DNA of 64,000 nucleotides, taken from positions 9,581-73,580 of the forward strand of contig CAZOFS010000002.1 of NCBI GenBank assembly GCA_964579335.1, given 5' to 3'. The notes under the pieces were generated by a model. The model made no database searches. It was given only the letters and a program-made list of their open reading frames with translations, and was not told where the DNA came from. Source of the stretch: an uncultured Bdellovibrionales bacterium (GTDB lineage Bacteria; Patescibacteriota; Minisyncoccia; Moranbacterales; UBA1568). Position numbers and translations under genes: made by a program. Positions 1 through 8,727 of this stretch are shown here, piece after piece (within the stretch, counting starts at the first letter, position 1; each line of letters begins with the position of its first letter).

Positions 1-313
1 CACTGGAAGTTTTGGGGGGCGTTACCATGTCCTCGGCGGGGTGCTCGAAGGATCGGGAGATGCTCGGGAAGGCGAGCTCCATACTCGTGAACTCCTCACC
101 AGAATCGAGACTGAAGAGATCCAAGAAGTAATTCTCGCCCTCAATCCAACGACCGAAGGTGACCTCACTTCACTTTTCCTCAAAACCAAACTCAAGGATC
201 TCCCCGTCAAAGTCACCCGCATTGCAAGAGGTATGGCGACTGGTGGCGATATCGAATACGCCGACGAGCTTACCCTCTCCTCATCCCTTGAAAACCGCAA
301 GGAACTACTTTAG
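1..313 (+). CDS. recR: Recombination protein RecR, C-terminal part (5' end lies outside window)
   Basis: Open frame runs from the window edge to a stop at 313. The Toprim/C-terminal region pattern 'EVILALNPTTEGDLTSLFL...VTRIARGMATGGDIEYADELTL' matches the RecR C-terminus. Confidence 0.7.
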   Translation, partial: TGSFGGRYHVLGGVLEGSGDAREGELHTRELLTRIETEEIQEVILALNPTTEGDLTSLFLKTKLKDLPVKVTRIARGMATGGDIEYADELTLSSSLENRKELL

Positions 314-331
314 GATTTATTTTTTGACATT

Positions 332-913
332 ATGAAAAATGCAATTTTGGTGCCTGGCAGACCTGATAAAGAAGAGTATTACAACCCAAGGTATCCGACC
401 AATAGCCATGGCCATTGGTTTCCTTGGTTATCAAAGCAATTGCAGGTCAATGACGTGTTTGCGGTCGTTCTCGAGATACCAGAGCCCTATGCCCCGCGTT
501 ATCATGTATGGAAACGAGAGTTTGAGAGATTCGATGTAACCCCAGAGACAGTACTGGTCGGGCATAGCTGCGGCGGCGGTTTTCTGATTCGTTGGCTAAG
601 CGAGAATAAAGACAGAGAGGTGGGGAAGGTAGTATTGGTGGCTCCCTGGATCAATCCAGAAAATAATCCCATATCAGATACAGCCGACTTTTTTGATTTT
701 GAAATAGATCCAGATCTCGTGAGCCGCACGGCTGGCGTGACTATTTTCAATTCTGACAATGACCAAGCAACCATCCAACAGTCGGTACAGATAATCAGAG
801 AGAAAGTGAAAGGGATTGACTATCGAGAGTTCCATAACAAAGGACATTTCTGTTACGAAGACTTAAAGACCGTCGAGTTCCCGGAATTGGTTGAGGAAAT
901 TTTTAAAGCGTAA
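332..913 (+). CDS. alpha/beta-fold serine hydrolase, YdeN/RBBP9-like
   Basis: 193 aa with nucleophile elbow 'LVGHSCGGG' (G-H-S-x-G) and the size and layout of the small Ser-hydrolase family. Bidirectional terminator immediately downstream. Confidence 0.5.
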   Translation: MKNAILVPGRPDKEEYYNPRYPTNSHGHWFPWLSKQLQVNDVFAVVLEIPEPYAPRYHVWKREFERFDVTPETVLVGHSCGGGFLIRWLSENKDREVGKVVLVAPWINPENNPISDTADFFDFEIDPDLVSRTAGVTIFNSDNDQATIQQSVQIIREKVKGIDYREFHNKGHFCYEDLKTVEFPELVEEIFKA

Positions 914-919
914 AGAAAA

Positions 920-944
920 CCCGCCACCAGGGCGGGATTTTTTA
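920..944. terminator. Bidirectional rho-independent terminator between hydrolase gene (+) and rplU (-)
   Basis: CCCGCC-acca-GGGCGGG hairpin flanked by an A-run on one side and TTTTTTAT on the other, giving a T-tract on both strands. Confidence 0.6.
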
Positions 945-958
945 TTGATGCAGTATTT

Positions 959-1264
959 CTAGGCACCAATCTTGGTAATTTCTACTTCGGTGTAGGTCTG
1001 GCGATGGCCATAACGAGTCATTTGGCGCTTTTTGGCCTTGTGGCGAATACCTTTGACTTCCTCATGTTTCCCATGAGCGAGTACTTTGGCTTCGATAGTG
1101 GTTTTGAGTTCGGGAGCACCGACTTGGACCGACTGTTCGTCACCGACGAAGAGAGCTGGGAACGATACCTTGCCCCCCACCTCAGCTTCGAGCTTCTCTA
1201 CCTTAAGTTTGGTGCCGAGTGCCACCTGATACTGTTTCCCACCGGTCTGAATAATAGCAATCAT
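959..1264 (-). CDS. rplU: 50S ribosomal protein L21
   Basis: 101 aa. 'MIAIIQTGGKQYQV...' is the canonical L21 N-terminus, with a basic C-terminal tail. Confidence 0.9.
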   Translation of the reverse strand: MIAIIQTGGKQYQVALGTKLKVEKLEAEVGGKVSFPALFVGDEQSVQVGAPELKTTIEAKVLAHGKHEEVKGIRHKAKKRQMTRYGHRQTYTEVEITKIGA

Positions 1265-1346
1265 AGGTTTTTTGATACTTGAGTACTCTAGCGTACCCCG
1301 GCTTTTTTGTCAATTTGAAGGCTTAATCCAGCCTCACTTGCCACTC

Positions 1347-1375
1347 TTGACGTTTTATGCCTTTAGGAGTATAAT
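1347..1375 (+). promoter_or_regulatory. sigma70-like promoter TTGACG-17nt-TATAAT (P1 for hypothetical gene at 1501)
   Basis: TTGACG at 1347-1352, 17-nt spacer, TATAAT at 1370-1375. Confidence 0.5.
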
Positions 1376-1413
1376 GCTATTTCAGCTATTTTAACAACTA
1401 AAGCCAGCTGATT

Positions 1414-1441
1414 TTGAATTCGCGCCTGTGGAGCATATAAT
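1414..1441 (+). promoter_or_regulatory. second sigma70-like promoter TTGAAT-16nt-TATAAT (P2) followed by palindrome GTCTTCCC/GGGAAGAC in the 5' UTR
   Basis: TTGAAT at 1414-1419, TATAAT at 1436-1441. Perfect 8-bp-arm palindrome 'gtcttcccCAgggaagac' at about 1456-1473, upstream of the RBS 'gagggg' and the ATG at 1501. Confidence 0.4.
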
Positions 1442-1500
1442 TTGTAGTGGGTCGTCTTCCCCAGGGAAGACACACACAACAACTCTCCAGAGGGGCCGCA

Positions 1501-1965
1501 ATGCAAGTTCTAGATACCGACAAGAAAGCAACAGGAATCTGGAGTTACATCCGAACCCAAATTGATCGGGTGATTTCCTACCGCTTCCGGGCCATGCCTA
1601 GGTCCTACCAGCGCTTCGAGCGCGGACAGATAGTTCACTACCTCCCCGAGGTAGCAGAAGAAGTTGTCATGGACTCAGGTGGTTATCAACTCGTCGTAAT
1701 GGATGATGACCATGACCTAATCGTGATGGGGGAGAACACGAGTGCGCGGCGTTACTGCCCCGCAAGTATCCCCGACGACGATGAGAGGTTTGTCTTCTGT
1801 CGTGTCCTCGCGACTGGTAAGCGAGTGCGCATTTCGCGCGAACTTCTTACCGCCACTGGAGAACAATTGAGTCAAGAGGTAGTCGATGACCTCCTGTTTG
1901 GGTGGACCGGAAAGAGGTCAAGTCTGGATCACCCACTCGCGCATCTCATGCAGGTGCAAGAGTAG
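1501..1965 (+). CDS. hypothetical protein (154 aa from the ATG at 1501; ORF track gives 1447)
   Basis: Protein-like composition. Good RBS (agagggg, 6 nt, ATG). Own promoters upstream and own terminator downstream. No family recognised. Confidence 0.5.
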   Translation: MQVLDTDKKATGIWSYIRTQIDRVISYRFRAMPRSYQRFERGQIVHYLPEVAEEVVMDSGGYQLVVMDDDHDLIVMGENTSARRYCPASIPDDDERFVFCRVLATGKRVRISRELLTATGEQLSQEVVDDLLFGWTGKRSSLDHPLAHLMQVQE

Positions 1966-1989
1966 ATGTAGATAACATCGCCTGTATTA

Positions 1990-2031
1990 GCCCGTATGGT
2001 TAACCACACCATGCGGGCTGCATCATTTTTA
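1990..2031 (+). terminator. rho-independent terminator of the 1501-1965 gene
   Basis: 11-bp stem GCCCGTATGGT / ACCATGCGGGC (one U-G pair), 7-nt loop, then CATCATTTTT. Confidence 0.55.
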
Positions 2032-2046
2032 CACCTTATTTTTGTA

Positions 2047-3816
2047 CTATCTCTCTAGTACCGCTTTGATACGACGGACACCGGCAGAAGAGGCTTCTTC
2101 TTTGATAATCTTGAAGCGACCAAAGGCGGCTATTTCGCTGGTATTCCCGACATGCGGCCCACCGCAGAGTTCTTGTGAGTAGACTTTTTCTCTGCTCGCG
2201 ACTTGGTAGACATTCACTTTGTCCGGATACTTTTCCCAAAAACTTCCCTCAACTCCCTGAGCTTTGGCCTCATCTTTGCCCATGAGCGTGATGGAGACGT
2301 TTGCTTGGGCTTGAATGGCTTCATTGACATAGCCCTCGACTCGATCGAGTACTTCACGCGGAACCTTTTCGGGATAGGTAAAATCAAACCGGGTACGCTC
2401 CTCGGTGATATTGGACCCCGCCTGATGGACACCATCGCCTAGTTCTTTCCGAAGAGCTGCGAGCATGAGGTGGGTCGCGGTGTGGTAGGCAGTAATTTTT
2501 GGACTTGTCCCCCCGAGACCGCCCTTGAACTTACCAGCTGCGGCTGTGCGTGAGAGGTCTTGGTGTTTTTTGAATTCAGCCCGAAAGGCTTCCGTATCGA
2601 TACCAATTGCTCTTTCCTTGGCCAATTCTTGCGTCATTTCAAGCGGGAAGCCATAGGTAGAAAAAAGATCAAAAGCATCCTCCCCCGAGAGATTTCCTGC
2701 TGTAACCCGTCGTTCAAATTCCTTCAGACCTTTAGTAAGGGTCGTGCGAAATTTCGTTTCTTCGCGATTGAGCTCTTCGATGGTTACGGCTTTGCGTTCT
2801 TTGATGCTTGCATATACATCCTCAAACTTCTCAATGAAGCGTTCGGCAATGGAAGCGATAACCGGCTCGTCCATACCCATCTTGGAAAACTCTCGAATAG
2901 CCCGACGAATGAGGCGCCGGAGGATATAGCCCTGGTCGACATTTTTGGGTACGACACCATCGGCGATCATATGGACAGCGGCTCGGAGGTGATCGGCAAT
3001 AATCCGCGCGGAGCGTTCCTGATAGTTTTCTTTTCCTACCCGCTCTTCGATCAATGCAAGTACATCGGCAAAAGCATCGGTTTCATAGACATGACGGAGG
3101 CCATTGAGCGTGACGATAGTGCGTTCGAGCCCCATCCCCGTATCGACACAGGGCACTGGGAGCTTGTCGAGCGTCGCTTGATCCACTCGATTGTACTGCA
3201 TAAAGACATTGTTCCAGATCTCCATCCACTGTTTGGGGTGTGTGCCTTTGTTCCCCTGGGGCTCGCCCTCCCCTACCCAGTAGAAAATCTCGGTATCGGG
3301 ACCACAGGGGCCAGTCGGACCAGCTGCCCACCAATTGTCTTCGGCTGGGAGATAGGCGATTGCGTCTTCTGGAACACCGAGTGATTTCCAGATGGCTGCG
3401 GATTCCTCATCTCGTGGAGCATTGGCATCACCTTCAAAGACCGTAACCGAGAGCATAGCAGGGTCAAGTCCGAGCCATTCCTTACTCGTGAGAAATTCCC
3501 AAGACCACTGAATCGATTCTTGCTTAAAATAATCACCAAGTGACCAATTGCCAAGCATTTCAAAAAAGGTGAGATGTGTATCGTCCCCGACATCATCGAT
3601 ATCACCGGTCCGAACACATTTTTGCACGTCAGCGATGCGTTTCCCCATCGGATGGGGTTTCCCGAGGAGGTATGGGACCAAGGGCTGCATGCCAGCAGTG
3701 TTAAAAAGTACCGACGGGTCATTTTCGGGAACAAGTGGGGCTGAAGGAATGATGGCATGGCCACGCTCTTGGAAGAAAGCGAGGTATTTCTGGCGGAGTT
3801 CAGCAGAAGTCAGCAT
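2047..3816 (-). CDS. alaS: Alanine--tRNA ligase, short form (catalytic, tRNA-binding and editing domains; no C-Ala domain)
   Basis: 589 aa. N-terminus 'AELRQKYLAFFQERGHAIIPSAPLVP...LFNTAGMQ', editing-domain HxxxH 'HTATHLM' and 'CGGPHV' Zn motif. The protein ends shortly after the editing domain. Confidence 0.85.
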   Translation of the reverse strand: MLTSAELRQKYLAFFQERGHAIIPSAPLVPENDPSVLFNTAGMQPLVPYLLGKPHPMGKRIADVQKCVRTGDIDDVGDDTHLTFFEMLGNWSLGDYFKQESIQWSWEFLTSKEWLGLDPAMLSVTVFEGDANAPRDEESAAIWKSLGVPEDAIAYLPAEDNWWAAGPTGPCGPDTEIFYWVGEGEPQGNKGTHPKQWMEIWNNVFMQYNRVDQATLDKLPVPCVDTGMGLERTIVTLNGLRHVYETDAFADVLALIEERVGKENYQERSARIIADHLRAAVHMIADGVVPKNVDQGYILRRLIRRAIREFSKMGMDEPVIASIAERFIEKFEDVYASIKERKAVTIEELNREETKFRTTLTKGLKEFERRVTAGNLSGEDAFDLFSTYGFPLEMTQELAKERAIGIDTEAFRAEFKKHQDLSRTAAAGKFKGGLGGTSPKITAYHTATHLMLAALRKELGDGVHQAGSNITEERTRFDFTYPEKVPREVLDRVEGYVNEAIQAQANVSITLMGKDEAKAQGVEGSFWEKYPDKVNVYQVASREKVYSQELCGGPHVGNTSEIAAFGRFKIIKEEASSAGVRRIKAVLER

Positions 3817-3827
3817 AGGAAGTATAT

Positions 3828-4046
3828 TTAGCGTAAAGCTCGCTCGAGCGTTTCTCGGAGGGCGCGGCCCACAAATGGATGGAACATTGAGACAATATCT
3901 TCCACTGTCTCACTTGGCTCACACTCGCCCCGAGCTACTTTTCTCGCCAAGGCACTGAGCTTAGACTCATGAGAGGCCTGAATCCGAATGTCCTTTTCTG
4001 TAGCGAGTATACCCTTCACGGTACGAAGATAGGTGTCCTGGGTCAT
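3828..4046 (-). CDS. hypothetical small protein (72 aa)
   Basis: ORF between alaS and the coiled-coil gene. Its start overlaps the upstream stop (ATGA). No family recognised. Confidence 0.4.
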   Translation of the reverse strand: MTQDTYLRTVKGILATEKDIRIQASHESKLSALARKVARGECEPSETVEDIVSMFHPFVGRALRETLERALR

Positions 4047-4318
4047 AGGAGACGAAGTTTTTTCTTGGCGGTATTTACTTCGGTTTCTTGTTCGAGTATT
4101 TTGGCTTCGAGGGTGTGGAGTGCATTCTCCTCCTCCTCGACCTGTTGCTCGAGTTGGTGTAGTTTCTGACGGAGACCCCTGAGTAGTACAACGTGTTCGT
4201 CACGACGGCGAACAAGATGGGTGTGATCAGCCTCGAGAGAGAATAAAGTACTCTCGAGCTGACGCCGCTCGAGACGACGACTAGCTTCATCAGTAGTAGC
4301 TGTAAGCGACATAAGCAA
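4043..4318 (-). CDS. hypothetical coiled-coil protein (91 aa)
   Basis: Heptad-like E/L/Q/R-rich sequence 'LRQKLHQLEQQVEEEENALHTLEAKILEQETEV'. Stop overlaps the start of the 72-aa gene. Confidence 0.45.
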   Translation of the reverse strand: MLMSLTATTDEASRRLERRQLESTLFSLEADHTHLVRRRDEHVVLLRGLRQKLHQLEQQVEEEENALHTLEAKILEQETEVNTAKKKLRLL

Positions 4319-4384
4319 GGGAAAGTAAAAACTCGAAACAGGTGGTTAGTATAGCAACTTTTTTCCAGCCAATCAAGGGATGAT

Positions 4385-6373
4385 TTACTCTATCGTGACC
4401 GTCACTCGAGCCTCGTCGCTTGGTATAGTACTAATGAAGAGCTGTGGTTGGAACTCAACCTGGAGACGCTCTACCTCTGGATGATCCTTGAGGAAATCTT
4501 TCATCCCCTCTTCATTTAGTCCAAGCAGAGTAGACTTGAGCTTGGCCCCATCCAAAGGAGCCTGGAAACGCACCGTGTTCTCGACGGTCATATCGATCCG
4601 CCCGCTCTCATACTTGGGTAAGAGTGATACATACTGAGTAGTATAGTCAACGGGAACGAGGGTTACCGACTCCATCTGCACTCGCTCCTTTTCAATCCGC
4701 TCATTGATACTCTTGGGATTAAGAGCAAAGACCTTGGCTTCAAAGCGGGCTTCGTAATCAAATTGCTCGGCCGATGCACCAAGGAGAGGTGTACTCGTCC
4801 CACTCTTTTCCACAAGCTCGAGGGATTCATCAATAAGGATTTCATCCGTCTGCAGCAGTCGCTTCGCCTCTTCGAGAGCGTGACTTCTCGCTTCGTCCAG
4901 CGCTTTTTTTCTAGCCTTCTCAATATCAGTTTGACCGACCACCTTTTTACCAGTAGTACCTCCCGGGGCACTACCTCCAGTAAAGGCTTGGACTATCTCA
5001 GCGCTAAACTTCTCATACTTGGCACTTCCCTTGAAGCCTGGAATAGTGAAGGTGGCTGAGCCAAGATTGTAGTCAGCTCCAGACTGATCAGCCACGACCA
5101 CAGCCTCAACCACGCCTGGTAGAGACTTTCCGTCCTGCTCTTTGGTACCAGGTACCACCAGTGAATCAACGAGACGGTATACTTTACCCTCTTTGGTTTC
5201 AAACCGAGTGGTAGCGACGAGAGGCTGAGGAGTCGAGCTAAAGGTATTGGAGATGCGAATTCTTCCTCGAGCTTTGGTAGCTTCGGTCCCCGAAGTCTCG
5301 CTCGTAGCTATTTCACTCACGCGAACTGTTTTTTCTAAGGAAAGCATTCGAACCGGGATACTGTCAGTATTTGTCGTAGTTTCCGTCAAACCAGTAATTT
5401 GGAAACGGACTATTTGCTCAGCAGTCTGAGGCTTGAGGATAATATTGGCTTTAGGAAAGAGAATATACCAACCACCAGCAATAAGAAGCACAATAAAAAT
5501 ACCAAGAGGAATCAATGTCAACCAACCAGCATGTGATCGAGGCGATGTCGACAAAGGGTGCGATCCTCTATATACCTCTTTTGATGACTGCGTGAGGGGT
5601 GTTGGTACATTGCCCGCACCACCCATAAAGCGACTGAGGCGAGCCCTAGCCGCTTCTTTCTCTAGTTGCCCTTGCTCGGTTTGAATTGGCATTGATGGTC
5701 TCGTCACTACGGGCATCGGGAGAGCTGGACCTCGAGGAGCGGTGGTTACCGACTGAGGCATTTGATCTACTGAAGCAAATTTTGATCTCGGTGGCCGAAC
5801 ATCTCCTCGGAGAGAATTGAGGCTCGTAAGTGGAGCTGGGCTTGCATTTCTTACCCGAAGTGGCTGGGGTTGATTTTCTCTTGGTGGATTGGGTGCTATT
5901 TCCTGAATCCTCCCAGATACTTCAGGGCGTACTAATGGACGAGTTGAAGCATTAGTCTGTTTACGTGATTGAGTGGCCGCAAAAAAATCATCACTCCCAA
6001 TATCAGTTGAGCGAGGTTGCTCTTTGGGCCGTATGCTCACCTCTGGAAGAGGCATAGGATCAGCACCCGGCTCTACTACAAAACGTGAGTTTCCAACAGC
6101 TGTTTGCTCCTGAAAGTTTTGGTCTTGATACGCTTCAATCCTGAGACCAGCTCTTTCTGCAAGTTTCTTGCCTATCTCATCCTGGCTCACAACAATAATT
6201 TGTTTACCGAGTTTGCGAGCTTCTCGTTCGAGAAGACGGAGATTGACAATACTCTGGAGAATGAGAGCTCGCTTAGGGAAAATAAAGACGTTCTCTGTTT
6301 GGCCTGACTGGCGCAAGCGACTGACGGCCGAGATAATTTCTTCGTCAATATCGATATAATGGCTCTCGCGCAT
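4385..6373 (-). CDS. bitopic membrane protein of unknown function: N-terminal cytoplasmic domain, long Pro-rich disordered linker, one TM helix, ~360-aa extracytoplasmic domain
   Basis: 662 aa. TM segment 'LTLIPLGIFIVLLIAGGWYILF' near residue 290. Linker rich in P/S/T/R. Starts 6 bp after the ftsA stop, co-directional. No FtsZ tubulin motif (GGGTGSG) is present. Confidence 0.6.
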   Translation of the reverse strand: MRESHYIDIDEEIISAVSRLRQSGQTENVFIFPKRALILQSIVNLRLLEREARKLGKQIIVVSQDEIGKKLAERAGLRIEAYQDQNFQEQTAVGNSRFVVEPGADPMPLPEVSIRPKEQPRSTDIGSDDFFAATQSRKQTNASTRPLVRPEVSGRIQEIAPNPPRENQPQPLRVRNASPAPLTSLNSLRGDVRPPRSKFASVDQMPQSVTTAPRGPALPMPVVTRPSMPIQTEQGQLEKEAARARLSRFMGGAGNVPTPLTQSSKEVYRGSHPLSTSPRSHAGWLTLIPLGIFIVLLIAGGWYILFPKANIILKPQTAEQIVRFQITGLTETTTNTDSIPVRMLSLEKTVRVSEIATSETSGTEATKARGRIRISNTFSSTPQPLVATTRFETKEGKVYRLVDSLVVPGTKEQDGKSLPGVVEAVVVADQSGADYNLGSATFTIPGFKGSAKYEKFSAEIVQAFTGGSAPGGTTGKKVVGQTDIEKARKKALDEARSHALEEAKRLLQTDEILIDESLELVEKSGTSTPLLGASAEQFDYEARFEAKVFALNPKSINERIEKERVQMESVTLVPVDYTTQYVSLLPKYESGRIDMTVENTVRFQAPLDGAKLKSTLLGLNEEGMKDFLKDHPEVERLQVEFQPQLFISTIPSDEARVTVTIE

Positions 6374-6379
6374 AGAATT

Positions 6380-7648
6380 TTATTTTTGTTGAAGTGAATG
6401 CATACTTTCTTGAAGGATACCCGCGAGCATTTTCTCTTCTTCGAGGGCATCAACAAGTGCCAGATGAGCCAGTCCCAAGGGTGTGACATCTTGAGGAGTT
6501 ACGAGCTCACCGGTAGTGTCGGTAATTCGGACAATATCTTTGGGTTGGAGAAAACCTACTTCAGGTGGGCGGGCAAAGGGAAGGTGTTTGGACCACTCCT
6601 CGGAGAGGAGGGTTTGTTTGATACCAGGAAGAGCCGAGCCTCCGCCACAGAGAAATATCTTGGATGGGAGGAAGTCTGTTTCAGCAAATTCAAGTAAGGA
6701 GAGTTCTACACCACCAAGCCACACCCGGCAATCATCGGTAAATAGTGTTGCGATACGAAGCTGATCTTCTTCCTTGAGGCGCTTAGCTGAATAGTCAAGC
6801 TTCATTTGCTCCGCCTGTTCATATTTGATCCCATATTCAGTGGCAATCCGCTTGGTAAAGGCTCGGCCACCAAGGGCAAACATTTTGGTACCCTCGAGTC
6901 CGCCATTTCTTACTACCGCGATATCGGTAGTACCCCCGCCAATATCAATAAAAATAGCACTAAAGTCGAGCATGTCTTCAACCTCAACTGAACGAGCGAC
7001 GGCGTACGGCTCTGCGACAATCGAGAGAAGATCGAGATCAAGTTCATCAGCAATCGTCTGGAGCGCCCCAAGGTGCACCATCGGTGCATAGGCATTGAAG
7101 ACACTCATCGAAACATCGCGTCCTTGGAAATTGTATGGGTTGAGAACATGATAGCCATCGATCCGTACATCAACCAGGGCGGCATTAATGAGTTTCACCT
7201 CGATATCAAGCTGATCTGTCTCCCAAGCGAGTTGTTTCTTGATCCGTTCGTAGGCCTTTTCCTGGACCTTACCGATAATCATTTTGAGTTCAGGGAGACC
7301 AATTTTGACTTCCGGATTGACTCGCTCATAGTGGACAGTCGTCGTTGTCCCTTTTACCAACTCCCCAGCGACACCGATAATACTTTTTTCAATTCGTTTG
7401 ACTTTAGCGTGCGCTTTGGCGAGATCGATCGCTTCACGGGCAGAGTGAATCACGCCGTTGATATCAGAGACAGCGCCACTCTGCATATTGCCTACTCGCT
7501 GGGGAGCTCGTCCAACCCCGATCACCTGACCCGTTTTGGTCTCTGGATCAACGCGAAAAATGAGGGCTTTGACTACCTCAGTGCCAATATCGAGAGCGAG
7601 GAGAAGATCATCTCGATTTCCCCAACCCAAACGCGAAAAAAAACTCAT
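6380..7648 (-). CDS. ftsA: Cell division protein FtsA (actin-like ATPase)
   Basis: 422 aa. 'LALDIGTEVVKALIF' (phosphate-1), 'FIDIGGGTTDIAVV' (phosphate-2), 'FLCGGGSALPGI'. Length and 1C-like insertion fit FtsA rather than PilM or MreB. Confidence 0.75.
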   Translation of the reverse strand: MSFFSRLGWGNRDDLLLALDIGTEVVKALIFRVDPETKTGQVIGVGRAPQRVGNMQSGAVSDINGVIHSAREAIDLAKAHAKVKRIEKSIIGVAGELVKGTTTTVHYERVNPEVKIGLPELKMIIGKVQEKAYERIKKQLAWETDQLDIEVKLINAALVDVRIDGYHVLNPYNFQGRDVSMSVFNAYAPMVHLGALQTIADELDLDLLSIVAEPYAVARSVEVEDMLDFSAIFIDIGGGTTDIAVVRNGGLEGTKMFALGGRAFTKRIATEYGIKYEQAEQMKLDYSAKRLKEEDQLRIATLFTDDCRVWLGGVELSLLEFAETDFLPSKIFLCGGGSALPGIKQTLLSEEWSKHLPFARPPEVGFLQPKDIVRITDTTGELVTPQDVTPLGLAHLALVDALEEEKMLAGILQESMHSLQQK

Positions 7649-7681
7649 ACGGAGTTCACTTGTATATCCTCTAGTATAGCA

Positions 7682-8692
7682 TTAAACCAATCGGGTAGGT
7701 TTGACCTGACCAATAAACGAGAGCATGGTGGTTTCATCAAGGAGTCCCGGTGTGGCCCCGTAAAAACCAACAACATTGCCTGCATTGCAAATACCGTACT
7801 GGAGACAGGTTTCGAGCGGAAAACCCTTGAGATAGGCAGCGAAAAACCCCGACCCAAAAGCGTCCCCACCACCGGTAGTATCTACAAGCCCATGTGGTTC
7901 ATAGCTCAGAGCGTGCCACATCTCCTTACCGTTCGTCGTCCAGGCTCCTCGCTTGCCATCCGTGAGAGCAATCACACTAGGACCTTCATGGAGAAGTGTT
8001 TCGAGGAGAAAGCGCTCATCATTGAGGTGCTTAGATCGAGTCTCAAGTTTGTTTTTAAGAAGAAGTTCAATAGCCTCATCTTTGTTAAGAAACAAAACAT
8101 CAACTTCATGGAGAAAATCAAGCATCAACCGTGGATCATCCTTGAGATTATGTTGGCCTGGATTAAGGGCAATGTGTTGATGGTGTTTCTGTGCTGATTG
8201 ACGGAGCGTCATGAGATTGTCTCGCCAAGGACCATTGAGAGCACTGACATACAGCCAGTCTGTCTCACTGAGCTTCTGTTGAGTTACATGTAACTTTTCA
8301 TTGGCATCACGGTTGTGAAAAATAATTCGATCTCCCGTTTGAGCAATCACAATAATAGCTGAGAGATCTGATTTGACCGTCGGATCTTTTTCGAGTAAGT
8401 GAGTTTGTACGCCCTCTTGCTCGAGAGTAGTCTGGATACTCCGCCCCAGGTCATCATTCCCAATGTGACTATAACAAGCCACTTCGATTCCAAGCCGGGC
8501 CAAACCAACTGCCACATTGGCAGCGACCCCGCCAATAGACTCATAACGATTATCAGAACGGAATTTCCCCCCTAACTCAAAAGCAACCTTGACTTGAGCG
8601 GTGAGGTCTTCGGGCGTCTTCATGATCAAACCTTCATGAGTAGGGAAAAAAATGTCTCGTGAAACTGACCCAACGCAAGTCACTCGGCGCAT
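7682..8692 (-). CDS. PfkB-family carbohydrate kinase (ribokinase-like)
   Basis: 'DTTGGGDAFGSGFFAAYL' anion-hole/catalytic motif, an N-terminal GG dipeptide region, 336 aa. Confidence 0.8.
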   Translation of the reverse strand: MRRVTCVGSVSRDIFFPTHEGLIMKTPEDLTAQVKVAFELGGKFRSDNRYESIGGVAANVAVGLARLGIEVACYSHIGNDDLGRSIQTTLEQEGVQTHLLEKDPTVKSDLSAIIVIAQTGDRIIFHNRDANEKLHVTQQKLSETDWLYVSALNGPWRDNLMTLRQSAQKHHQHIALNPGQHNLKDDPRLMLDFLHEVDVLFLNKDEAIELLLKNKLETRSKHLNDERFLLETLLHEGPSVIALTDGKRGAWTTNGKEMWHALSYEPHGLVDTTGGGDAFGSGFFAAYLKGFPLETCLQYGICNAGNVVGFYGATPGLLDETTMLSFIGQVKPTRLV

Positions 8693-8727
8693 AGTTGTAT
8701 GTGTGTATTTGAAAAACTCGAGTTTAG

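Noticed and set aside
4385-6373. Possibility that the gene after ftsA is a divergent ftsZ
   Set aside because: There is no tubulin signature (GGGTGSG / NxDxxD). The architecture is cytoplasmic domain, linker, TM, then extracytoplasmic domain, which is incompatible with FtsZ.
7073-8197. 374-aa plus-strand ORF, with similar long ORFs at 2560-3384, 11663-12493, 19383-20513, 36907-37599, 38143-38832, 42860-43816, 57700-58476, 59457-60590 and 61221-61766
   Set aside because: All lie antisense to confidently identified genes (ftsA/pfkB, alaS, mraY, pyrG, secA, murG and the island genes). They have low-complexity or R/P/S-rich translations and are shadow ORFs, especially in the GC-rich regions.
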